Positions 41,566 to 53,280 of a stretch of 64,000 nucleotides of DNA are shown piece by piece; within the stretch, counting starts at the first letter, position 1; each line of letters begins with the position of its first letter. This DNA comes from Nemertoderma westbladi (taxonomy: Eukaryota > Animalia > Xenacoelomorpha), in assembly GCA_032718475.1 (NCBI GenBank), contig JAUCBJ010009147.1, forward strand, positions 22,242-86,241, given 5' to 3'. Made by a program: the position numbers and the translations under genes. The notes under the pieces are model-generated. The model was not told the DNA's origin. It saw only the letters and a program-made list of their open reading frames with translations, and ran no database searches.

Positions 41566-44500
41566 AAGAATATTATTCTTGGATGCCGCCCAGAAATCAA
41601 TTAGCCAACTATGGTAATATACCAAACAGCAATCAGTTATCTTACCATCCAGGACAACAGCGTCCCGAGAGACAACAACGTCCGTTCTTTGGGTACAATA
41701 GCTTCCAGTATGAGGGACCCTGCAGCAGTGGTCCATTACCGAGATACAGACACTCTACCGTTGCATATGAACCCCCCTCTCAGGCTCCACATCCCATGTA
41801 CCCCCAGTCCTACTCCTTGATACACCGCGGGAGGTATCCAGGTGGACGACCTCCCTCCATCCGATACCCAGTGCCAAACGCGCGCTATGCACATCCCCAA
41901 ATGTCAGAACAGATATCCTTACCCCCACAGTTTAATCAACATCCTGGTTTCAACCCACGGCAACAGTTAAGTCAAAACTATCAGACTCAACCTATAAGAC
42001 ATCGTTCATATAATAATCAATCAACCATGCAGACATCCTTCATTATCAACAACCCATCGAATGAAAATCCAGCCTTGAAAGAGGATCACCAAGAATATAC
42101 TGTCTATGAAAATCCTCAACAATCTATTAAGAATGAGAATATGTATTCTCTACAACCCACAGACTCTTATAATAGTGGTGCACCTAATTCAATTGTTAAA
42201 GTAGAGGGTGCTGTGCAGAGAGCTTTGTTCAGATATCCATCAACAGAAACAACATCGCATACAGTACTGCCACGCAAGGGTGAAACATCTCCAGGTAATA
42301 TTCGATATGCTACACCCAGTTGTTGTTTTGAAGAAAGGCGATTTCCAGCAACATGTGAATCTAAGAGTATGGTGTCACATTCGGGTTCTTCTTCCTTGCC
42401 ATTGGATGAAATTACGCGTATGGTAGCCAATCAGAGTTCTGCTCCATTGGACCTAGCACATATCGCAACCATACTAGGCGAAGATAATTTTTCACCAAAT
42501 ATTCCTGGACAGCAATATTCTGAGCCATTCCATGTTTCAGTGTCAAAATCACCAGGGAACATCACTCATAGGTCTGTTTTATTGCAAGATAGCTCATCCT
42601 CTTCATCACATATGGCAAAAATCAACACTGTAGTTCCTTCAGAATCCCCCCACTCGTATTTTCAGAGTGAACTGTGTCAATCAGACCCAAATGTTGCCGC
42701 ACAACATTATATCGAAGGAGTTTCTTTGACTACAAATTCACAACAACGAGGACATGAAGTTAAAGTGGAGCAACAAATATCTGATGATACATTTGCGGCA
42801 CTTACATCTCGTGCAGAGGATCCACCTACTAGCAGTATTCAACAACTAACAGTTATTACAGGATCTCATCCAGCCAATCATATTCCTGTAAATAGTAATC
42901 CACAAAGCGCAGCAGTTCCTAAAAGTATATTAAATACAGAACACAAACCAGAAACACATATCAGTAATCATACGGATGTAATGGCAAGTCAAGCAACTCA
43001 CATTTTGGAAGATAAATTTTCCGAACCGCATATTCGTGTGACAGAATTGCAATCTACAACAGCGATGTCTGAATTTGAACTTGATGTTCCAAACACTTCT
43101 AAAACGGAACCATTAGCGATTGTATCACAGATAACTGATATGTTTGAAGGTAAGAAGCATTTACCTACTGATGAGGAATTTGTTGCTGAAACTATACCAT
43201 CTGCATTGCAAACAAGTTGTTCACACCCTGTTCCAACACCATTTATTCGAATTGATGGAATTGATGTTGACACAGCTAATTCTTCTTCTTTTACAGCGGA
43301 ACCAATAATTTTTTCAGCTACTTGTAGTCAATTAGGACACTCCAAAACTACTGAAAACTCGATTTCTATAAATCCTAGATTAACTCTTCCCACTTCTCTA
43401 GCCATGGAATCTCCAACAACTGCTATTACTGTTGTGACAGAAACTTGTGACCAGCCATGTCAATTGCCTTCCAATGTTTGTTATTCGCCTCCATTTACTT
43501 ATGACGTAACAACTCAGATGAAACCCCACCAATATGAAACTCTCTCACATATTCCTCATTTGCCGCAATTTCATTCAATTGTTAACAAATCTGTAATTGC
43601 TTCTGAACATCTTCCCATACAACATGAAAGCCAATTGTTACCGCAACCAAATCAATCTGAAAATATTGCTTCATCCACTGGCGATGTACTGCTGGGATTT
43701 TCTCAGCAAAGTTATGACAAACAATTTCTTCTCAGATTTCCAGTTGGCCCTGTTCCACGGAATAGCATTACTCAAACAGAGTTTGTAAGGATACAGAGTC
43801 AACCAATTAACATAGGAGCGCCAATTGCTCAAAGATTTGTTCGGCATGAAAGACCCAATTATTATCCAACACGCCATGCTGCCTCTTATCAATCACATAA
43901 CCTCTTGCCAAAATCGGGTATTAGGCCTCGGATGTCCCCAACAAGGCATGTAAACACCAGACCCGGGCCAGCACCACATAATATCAACTCATTTACAAGT
44001 AAAGGTCAATCACGTTTCGTTAATATTCGCCCGTTTTCAACACCAATTCGTACTGCATTGACAACCATTGCCCCTTCGCCTTCCAATTACCCTATTATAG
44101 TTGCCAGACCATCTAGATTCTCAACTTATGTTAAGGTTTCTCAAATTGACCCAGTTAATCAATTTAACTCTCAAAGTGGAAAGTGCAATTATACGCAGTA
44201 TACATGTAGTCCTAGGCACACCTTACCTATTCCCTTCCCACAATCTTATGTAGTATCACAACCTTCATTTTTTACTACAAACACATCAAACTCGTGCAAT
44301 GTTATTCTCCCTAATGGAAACATTATATATGATAATGATAACCTTTATGATATGTCCTCAAGTAACATGCATCATGAGGAAAGTGTTAACCAATTGGAAA
44401 GTTCTCAGTTTTCTAATATTTGGCGGCCTGCTAACAATTTTCCATTCACATCGAGCACCAGTTACCAAGCCCGGTTGCGAAATGTTACCATTAGGGGACA

Positions 44501-46140
44501 TGCGGAACTCATTCGTCTAGGCCCACCAGGTGAGTCAGGTTTAAGTAAAATTATCCGACTACCCAATTCTCTTAATCAAGCTGAAATTCATCCCAATTTG
44601 TACTCATCAGTTAACTTGCCGTGTACATCTGCGACTTTGATTGATGACGGGCTAATTTCTACCATCATTAGTAGACCACAATCTGCCATTACTACCACCA
44701 TCAGTTATTTATCGAGCTCTGTAACACCTAATGATGTTCCGCAATCTACATTCAGTATTATAACGCAATCTACAACCATTGACAAACCACCATCAACCAT
44801 CAACTACAGGCCAACATCTACCACTATAAACAGACAACCTCCAGACATTGATAAACCACAATCTACCCTACAACAATACAATGATTTCCCACGGTCTACC
44901 TTCAGTAATAGACACCCACCACCAATGACCAATTCTATAGCGCAATCTACATTTAATGGTAGACCTCAACTTTCCACCATTGTTAGACTGCCATCTGCCA
45001 TTATTGATAGTCCAGGATCTACTTCCATTGATCGACAACCATCATCCACCTTCAGTGATAGTTTACCGTCTATCGGTGAACTACAATATTCCACCAAATA
45101 TGTACCACTTCTAGCATCTACCAAGGGATCAACATCTACCATAACCTCCACCCATTATTTACCACCCTCAACCTTCAATGATAATCCGCAATCGACCACA
45201 TTTGTACAATCCGTCAGCACAGAGCAAGTACCCAGTGATGTAATCACGGCTTCTTGTAGTACCACAATCCAGGTGATCTTACCATCAATTGATAGTATTA
45301 CATCAGGAATGCTTGGTTCAAATATAGTCAATAGTCAAAGTAATTGCATTCAATTAAAAGATGATGTTGGTAATGAATCTTCCTTATCTATTATGGCTGT
45401 ACCATCACTAACCGTTATCCCTCAGGAGTCACCATTGATTTCAAATGACAATTCCATGATGTTGGTTTCATCAGTATGTCAGGCAAGTGAAGGAAAGATG
45501 TTACAGGATTCCAGTCTTGTTTCATTTGCAAAAGATGAACAGGATGTGAAAAATGCAACGGATGAAGTCAATCTTTACAAACCCAACTATGTTGATCATA
45601 ACAGACAATCTCCTGATATATACCGTTACCCATCTGAGGTTGACTCCCAATCAGCTGCAGCCAGGATAGCGCAATCCAAACGATCCCATGATAACGACCA
45701 TTACAAACAACCGGACAAGACCACACGTTCCAAAGCATCTTCTTACAACACCGATTTCCAGGTGCACCTAGAACGCGAATGTTCCCCTGATAGCACCACC
45801 GTTTTCCTAGTCGATTCCAAAGACTCCGAAACCACAGATAACCTTATAATCCCAAATGATGCTTTCGGTTTTACCATTGATGAGGACGACCCAAACCATC
45901 ATAAGGTTACCGACACTCACACATCCGATGATCATGTTCGTCTTCCTATCTCATCTGGTTCAACCGATTTATTGCCGGACTCTCCGCCACGTCATGGCAG
46001 TAACGAACCATCAGACCCTACCAGCAGTACTGCGCATGCGCAATGCTGTGTCACTCCTACCTCGGTTTTCGATGAAGTGGAAGATATGGAGTCAGCTGCC
46101 AGCCCATTTTCTAGAAAACGGGATTGGGATACTGCTAGTG
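41566..46140 (+). CDS. MBD5: Giant coding exon E (4575 bp), Pro/Ser/Thr/Gln-rich and probably disordered
   Basis: ttgtttctatttcag| acceptor in phase 1 (G+AA=Glu), in frame with the 1520-aa ORF; AGTG|gttagt donor in phase 1 matches the next exon. Confidence 0.9.
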
Positions 46141-47470
46141 GTTAGTTGGGGGATTGGGATACTGCTAGTGGTTAGTTGGGGGAGGGGGATACTGCTAGTG
46201 GTTAGTTGGGGGAGGGGGATTCTGCTAGTGGTTAGTTGGGGGATTGGGATACTGCTAGTGGTTAGTTGGGGGATTGGGATACTGCTAGTGGTTAGTTGGG
46301 GGAGGGGGATACTGCTAGTGGTTAGTTGGAGGAGGGGGATACTGCTAGTGGTTAGTTGGGGGATTGGGATACTGCTAGTTGTTAGTTGGGGGAGGGGGAT
46401 ACTGCTAGTGGTTAGTTGGGGGAGGGGGATACAGCTAGTGGTTAGTTGGGGGATTGGGATACTTCTAGTGGTTAGTTGGGGGATTGGGATACTGCTAGTG
46501 GTTAGTTGGGGGAGGGGGATACTGCTAGTGGTTAGTTGGGGGATTGGGATACTGCTAGTGGTTAGTTGGGGGAGGGGAATACTGCTAGTGGTTAGTTGGG
46601 GGGAGGGGGATACTGCTAGTGGTTAGTTGGGGGAGGGGGATACTGCTAGTGGTTAGTTGGGGGATTGGGATACTGCTAGTGGTTAGTTGGGGAGGGGGAT
46701 GCTGCTAGTGGTTAGTTGGGGGAGGGGGATACTGCTAGTGGTTAGTTGGGGGATTGGGATACTGCTAGTGGTTGGTTGGAGGAGGGGGATACTGCTAGTG
46801 GTTAGTTGGGGGAGGGGGATTCTGCTAGTGGTTAGTTGGGGGATTGGGATACTGCTAGTGGTTAGTTGGGGGAGGGGGATACTGCTAGTGGTTAGTTGGG
46901 GGAGGGGGATACTGCTAGTGGTTAGTTGGGGGATTGGGATACTGCTAGTGGTTAGTTGGGGGATTGGGATACTGCTAGTGGTTAGTTGGGGGGGTTGGGA
47001 TACTGCTAGTGGTTAGTTGGGGGAGGGGGATACTGCTAGTGGTTAGTTGGGGGAGGGGGATACTGCTAGTGGTTAGTTGGGGGATTGGGATACTGCTAGT
47101 GGTTAGTTGGGGGATTGGGATACTGCTAGTGGTTAGTTGGGGGGGTTGGGATACTGCTAGTGGTTAGTTGGGGGAGGGGGATACTGCTAGTGGTTTGTTG
47201 GGGGAGGGGGATACTGCTAGTGGTTAGTTGGGGGATTGGGATACTGCTAGTGGTTAGTTGGGGGATTGGGATACTGCTAGTGGTTAGTTGGGGGGGTTGG
47301 GATACTGCTAGTGGTTAGTTGGGGGATTGGGATACTGCTAGTGGTTAGTTGGGGGATTGGGATACTGCTAGTGGTTAGTTGGGGGATTGGGATACTGCTA
47401 GTGGTTAGTTGGGGGAGGGGGATACTGCTAGTGGTTAGTTGGGGGAGGGGGATACTGCTAGTGGTTAGTT
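46121..47470 (+). repeat. G-rich 30-bp tandem array (~45 units) = last 20 nt of exon E + donor GTTAGTTGGG
   Basis: Unit GGA(TT/GG)GGGATACTGCTAGTG|GTTAGTTGGG; the first unit overlaps the coding exon. Confidence 0.97.
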
Positions 47471-47495
47471 TCTTTCAAATTTTATGACCATTTTT

Positions 47496-47556
47496 GGTGT
47501 GGGGGAGGGGGGGGGGGGGGTGGGTGGGGTGGGGTGGGGAGGGGGGGTGGTGTGGG
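47496..47556 (+). repeat. Poly-G / G-run tract
   Basis: Directly visible; G-quadruplex-type composition. Confidence 0.85.
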
Positions 47557-48017
47557 TTGATTAACTTATTGTGTTTTTAATTTTGAGTTGCACTTTATCT
47601 GATTCCGAATTTTTATTCCGATTACAAATCTTATTTTGTATCCAATTACAGTACATATTGACGAGCACGTCTTAATTAAATCTTAACGTTCCCAATGCCA
47701 ACTGGGTACTTATCTGGTTTGACAGAGCATGAGGGCGATGCTAAATGGCAGGTATTTTTTCAAGCGTGGGCGGTTTTATTTGTAACATGTCTACATTTGG
47801 TAATTATGAAGTGTAATTCATTTTAAATTATGGTAATTCAACGACTTTTATCATAAATTGATAGGTTTTTGAGGCTCCAAAGTTGCCATGATTACTGTCG
47901 ACTTTTAATCATCGAAAAATATTATGTTAAAGTTAATAATATATTGTCGATGTTTCATAGAACTTTGTTTTTGTCTAACTTTTTCACGAAATCAGACGTA
48001 CGTATGTTTTTCTGCAG

Positions 48018-48190
48018 TTTCTTATACCGCACAGTCTGAAAGGGTTTCGATGGAGACCAGATCTTTCTCGTACGGGGATTTAGTATTTTCTGAAACACGT
48101 GGTGGGATGTGGCCGGCAAAAGTCGTGAGATTGTCCGATGTTAAATTTACCAATGCTAATTCTAGCCAATCTGAAGATACAGGATCCAAG
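48018..48190 (+). CDS. MBD5: Coding exon F, N-terminal half of the PWWP domain (FSYGDLVFSETRGGMWPAKVV)
   Basis: tttttctgcag| acceptor in phase 1 and AAG|gttagc donor in phase 0; GDLV..WPAKV is a PWWP signature. Confidence 0.9.
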
Positions 48191-48479
48191 GTTAGCCGAT
48201 TAAAATATTTAATTTTGTTTAATTATTTATTGTAAGAAGGAAAGCTGAAGTTAATTACTGTAATTATGTGATTTATTGATACGTTGCTAAACCACCGGGA
48301 CCTAATTAAATATTTATAACCAATTATATATAAATCGAATGGAGACCCAGAGTTCCATGGAAACAGTAATCAGTAACAAATAACAGTCAGCTGATAGGCG
48401 CAGGTTTCTTTCTTTGAGAAGCAAAGCTAGTTCGACGATTACTGAAGTTGTCAAAGATAAGAACATAGAGTAATTATTG

Positions 48480-49213
48480 TCCAGTGCACACTCCCGAAAT
48501 GAGTGACTGCCCAAGCCCAGTGCGCACTCACAAAATAATTAACTGCCCAGTCTCACCCCCAAAACTTTATAACTGCCCAGTACCCACTATCAAAATGAGT
48601 AACTGCCCTGTGCCCACTCCAAAATAGGTAACTGCCCAGTGCCCACCCAAAATAAGTAAATGACCAGTGCCCACTCCCAAAATGAGTAACTTCTCCTTCT
48701 CAGTGCCCACTCCCAAAATGAGCGAGTGTCCAGTGCCCACTCCCAAAATGAGTAACTGCTCAGTGCCCACTCCCAACATGAGCGAGTGTCCAGTGCCCAC
48801 TCCCAAAATGAGCGAGTGTCCAGTGCCCCTCCCAAAATGAGCGAGTGTCCCGTGCCCGCTCCCGAATTGTGTAACTGCCCAGTGCCCCCTTCCAAAATTA
48901 GTAACTGCCCAGTGCCCACTCCCAAAATGAATTACTGCCAAGCCCAGTGCCCACTCCCAAAAACAGTCGAGTATCCACTCCCGAAATGGGTAACTTGCCA
49001 GTGCCCCCTTTCAAAATAAGTAAGTACCCACTCCCACAATGAGAAACAACTGCACCGCGCCCACTCTCAAGATGAGTAACTAATCATCCTACCCTGTCTT
49101 GCCCTGCCCAACCAAAATGGTTAACTTCCAAATACCCACTCCCAAAATTAGTAGCTGTCCAGTGCCCACCCAAAATGAGTAACTGCCCCGTGCCAATTCC
49201 CATAATGAGTAAC
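48480..49213. repeat. Degenerate ~30-bp tandem repeat (CCCAGTGCCCACTCCCAAAATGAGTAACTG), ~23 units
   Basis: Directly visible; more diverged than the other arrays. Confidence 0.9.
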
Positions 49214-49455
49214 AATTAATTTAGTTTAGCTTTACTAATGTTTCTGTGGGGTGATGACTAGCGGCTGAGACTGATGCTCGCACCTCTACCACATTGTGGA
49301 TGAATGTGTTCTAGCATATTAATTATAATAATCAAACCCATTGGATAATTAGGTAAACTATGGGATTATGAGAATCAGGAAAACACTTTATAATGGAGTA
49401 AATTCAAATTTTTTACAATAAAAGTTAATATATTTCGTCTACATTCTATCTACAG

Positions 49456-49650
49456 GTTTGGTTACATTGGTTTGGAGACCATTCGTTCTCATTAGTAGAC
49501 ACCAGCTGTCTGCGGAGTCTATCGGAAGGTCTCGAGACTCACCATAAAAACCTAATGAAGAACAGGGCAAGCGCGCGGCGTCTTAGCGCCAGTTTAGAAC
49601 ACGCAATACAGGAGGCCATGCTGTACCTGGTTGCTATGTTAGAGACTAAG
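49456..49650 (+). CDS. MBD5: Coding exon G, C-terminal half of the PWWP domain (VWLHWFGDHSFSLVDTSCLRSLSEGLETHHK...LEHAIQEAMLYLVAMLETK)
   Basis: ctatctacag| acceptor and AAG|gtgaga donor; 65 codons, phase 0/0; resembles recalled MBD5 sequence KVWVMWFG..LKTLTEGLEA..LEAAIHEAM; absent from the ORF track. Confidence 0.9.
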
Positions 49651-52600
49651 GTGAGAATATAAGGAGGCAGCTGTACCTGGTTGCTATGTTAGAGACTAAG
49701 GTGAGAATATAAGGAGGCAGCTGTACCTGGTTGCTATGTTAGAGACTAAGGTGAGAATATAAGGAGGCAGCTGTACCTGGTTGCTAAGTTAGAGACTAAG
49801 GTGAGAATATAAGGAGGCAGCTGTACCTGGTTGCTAAGTTAGAGACTAAGGTGAGAATATAAGGAGGCAGCTGTACCTGGTTGCTAAGTTAGAGACTAAG
49901 GTGAGAATATAAGGAGGCAGCTGTACCTGGTTGCTAAGTTAGAGACTAAGGTGAGAATATAAGGAGGCAGCTGTACCTGGTTGCTAAGTTAGAGACTAAG
50001 GTGAGAATATAAGGAGGCAGCTGTACCTGGTTGCTAAGTTAGAGACTAAGGTGAGAATATAAGGAGGCAGCTGTACCTGGTTGCTAAGTTAGAGACTAAG
50101 GTGAGAATATAAGGAGGCAGCTGTACCTGGTTGCTAAGTTAGAGACTAAAGTGAGAATATAAGGAGGCAGCTGTACCTGGTTGCTAAGTTAGAGACTAAG
50201 GTGAGAATATAAGGAGGCAGCTGTACCTGGATGCTAAGTTAGAGACTAAGGTGAGAATATAAGGAGGCAGCTGTACCTGGTTGCTAAGATAAGGAGGCAG
50301 CTGTACCTGGTTGCTAAGTTAGAGACTAAGGTGAGAATATAAGGAGGCAGCTGTACCTGGTTGCTAAGTTAGAGACTAAGGTGAGAATATAAGGAGGCAG
50401 CTGTACCTGGTTGCTAAGTTAGAGACTAAGGTGAGAATATAAGGAGGCAGCTGTACCTGGTTGCTAAGTTAGAGACAAAGAAATGTGAGAATATAAGGAG
50501 GCAGCTGTACCTGGTTGCTAAGTTAGAGACTAAGGTGAGAATATAAGGAGGCAGCTGTACCTGGATGCTAAGTTAGAGACTAAGGTGAGAATATAAGGAG
50601 GCAGCTGTACCTGGTTGCTAAGTTAGAGACTAAGGTGAGAATATAAGGAGGCAGCTGTACCTGGTTGCTAAGTTAGAGACTAAGGTGAGAATATAAGGAG
50701 GCAGCTGTACCTGGTTGCTAAGTTAGAGACAAAGAAAGGTGAGAATATAAGGAGGCAGCTGTACCTGGTTGCTAAGTTAGAGACTAAGGTGAGAATATAA
50801 GGAGGCAGCTGTACCTGGTTGCTAAGTTAGAGACTAAGGTGAGAATATATGGAGGCAGCTGTACCTGGTTGCTAAGTTAGAGACTAAGGTGAGAATATAA
50901 GGAGGCAGCTGTACCTGGTTGCTAAGTTAGAGACTAAGGTGAGAATATAAGGAGGCAGCTGTACCTGGTTGCTAAGATAAGGAGGCAGCTGTACCTGGTT
51001 GCTAAGTTAGAGACTAAGGTGAGAATATAAGGAGGCAGCTGTACCTGGATGCTAAGTTAGAGACAAGGTGAGAATATAAGGAGGCAGCTGTACCTGGTTG
51101 CTAAGATAAGGAGGCAGCTGTACCTGGTTGCTAAGTTAGAGACTAAGGTGAGAATATAAGGAGGCAGCTGTACCTGGTTGCTAAGTTAGAGACTAAGGTG
51201 AGAATATAAGGAGGCAGCTGTACCTGGTTGCTAAGTTAGAGACAAAGAAATGTGAGAATATAAGGAGGCAGCTGTACCTGGTTGCTAAGTTAGAGACTAA
51301 GGTGAGAATATAAGGAGGCAGCTGTACCTGGTTGCTAAGATAAGGAGGCAGCTGTACCTGGTTGCTAAGTTAGAGACTAAGGTGAGAATATAAGGAGGCA
51401 GCTGTACCTGGTTGCTAAGTTAGAGACTAAGGTGAGAATATAAGGAGGCAGCTGTACCTGGTTGCTAAGTTAGAGACTAAAGTGAGAATATAAGGAGGCA
51501 GCTGTACCTGGTTGCTAAGTTAGAGACTAAGGTGAGAATATAAGGAGGCAGCTGTACCTGGATGCTATGTTAGAGACTAAGGTGAGAATATAAGGAGGCA
51601 GCTGTATCTGGTTGCTAAGTTAGAGACTAAGGTGAGAATATAAGGAGGCAGCTGTACCTGGTTGCTAAGTTAGAGACTAAGGTGAGAATATAAGGAGGCA
51701 GCTGTACCTGGTTGCTGAGTTAGAGACTAAGGTGAGAATATAAGGAGGCAACTGTACCTGGATGCTAAGTTAGAGACTAAGGTGAGAATATAAGGAGGCA
51801 GCTGTACCTGGTTGCTAAGTTAGAGACTAAGGTGAGAATATAAGGAGGCAGCTGTACCTGGTTGCTAAGTTAGAGACTAAGGTGAGAATATAAGGAGGCA
51901 GCTGTACCTGGTTGCTAAGTTAGAGACAAAGAAAGGTGAGAATATAAGGAGGCAGCTGTACCTGGTTGCTAAGTTAGAGACTAAGGTGAGAATATAAGGA
52001 GGCAGCTGTACCTGGTTGCTAAGTTAGAGACTAAGGTGAGAATATAAGGAGGCAGCTGTACCTGGTTGCTAAGTTAGAGACTAAGGTGAGATTATATGGA
52101 GGCAGCTGTACCTGGTTGCTAAGTTAGAGACTAAGGTGAGAATATAAGGAGGCAGCTGTACCTGGTTGCTAAGTTAGAGACTAAGGTGAGAATATAAGGA
52201 GGCAGCTGTACCTGGTTGCTAAGTTAGAGACTAAGGTGAGAATATAAGGAGGCAGCTGTACCTGGATGCTAAGTTAGAGACTAAGGTGAGAATATAAGGA
52301 GGCAGCTGTACCTGGTTGCTAAGTTAGAGACTAAGGTGAGAATATAAGGAGGCAGCTGTACCTGGTTGCTAAGTTAGAGACTAAGGTGAGAATATAAGGA
52401 GGCAGCTGTACCTGGTTGCTAAGTTAGAGACTAAGGTGAGAATATAAGGAGGCAGCTGTACCTGGTTGCTAAGTTAGAGACTAAGGTGAGAATATAAGGA
52501 GGCAGCTGTACCTGGTTGCTAAGTTAGAGACTAAGGTGAGAATATAAGGAGGCAGCTGTACCTGGTTGCTAAGTTAGAGACTAAGGTGAGAATATAAGGA

Positions 52601-53124
52601 GGCAGCTGTATCTGGTTGCTAAGTTAGAGACTAAGGTGAGAATATAAGGAGGCAGCTGTACCTGGTTGCTAAGTTAGAGACTAAGGTGAGAATATAAGGA
52701 GGCAGCTGTACCTGGTTGCTAAGTTAGAGACTAAGGTGAGAATATATGGAGGCAGCTGTATCTGGTTGCTAAGTTAGAGACAAAGAAAGGTGAGAATATA
52801 AGGAGGCAGCTGTACCTGGTTGCTAAGTTAGAGACTAAGGTGAGAATATAAGGAGGCAGCTGTACCTGGATGCTAAGTTAGAGACTAAGGTGAGAATATA
52901 AGGAGGCAGCTGTACCTGGTTGCTAAGTTAGAGACTAAGGTGAGAATATAAGGAGGCAGCTGTACCTGGTTGCTAAGTTAGAGACTAAGGTGAGAATATA
53001 AGGAGGCAGCTGTACCTGGTTGCTAAGTTAGAGACTAAGGTGAGAACATAAGGAGGCAGCGTAGTATCTGGATGCTATGTTAGAGACTAATGCTAAGTTA
53101 GAGACAAAGAAAGGTGAGAATATA
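49605..53124 (+). repeat. 50-bp tandem array (~70 units) = end of exon G + donor GTGAG
   Basis: Unit CTGTACCTGGTTGCTAAGTTAGAGACTAAG|GTGAGAATATAAGGAGGCAG, with 30-bp deletion and 54-bp insertion variants. Confidence 0.98.
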
Positions 53125-53214
53125 GGTGGACATCATAATACACTGTTTGTGTGTGGGTCGAGTCAAAATGATATGACTGAAACTTGAGGATATTATTTGG
53201 CTGTTTATTTATAG

Positions 53215-53280
53215 AAAGAAGTCCAAGACGACTTGATTACGTCATCACAACCGAATCAAGCAAAACGAAAACGACGTTGA
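53215..53280 (+). CDS. MBD5: Terminal coding exon H (KEVQDDLITSSQPNQAKRKRR*) with an NLS-like basic tail
   Basis: ctgtttatttatag| acceptor in phase 0; TGA at 53278-53280; basic C-terminus as in MBD5. Confidence 0.8.
   Translation, partial: KEVQDDLITSSQPNQAKRKRR

Noticed and set aside
45856-47016. ORFs with (GILLVVSWG)n resembling a membrane repeat protein
   Set aside because: Out-of-frame translation of the 30-bp intronic array, broken by G-run indels.
48567-49019. ORFs with GVGTGH / ECPVP repeats
   Set aside because: Translations of the degenerate 30-bp intronic repeat.
48018-53280. DNMT3 as the identity of the PWWP gene
   Set aside because: The frame stops about 20 codons after the PWWP region with no ADD or methyltransferase domain; the EGLE..H..LE.AIQEAM helix and basic tail fit MBD5 better.
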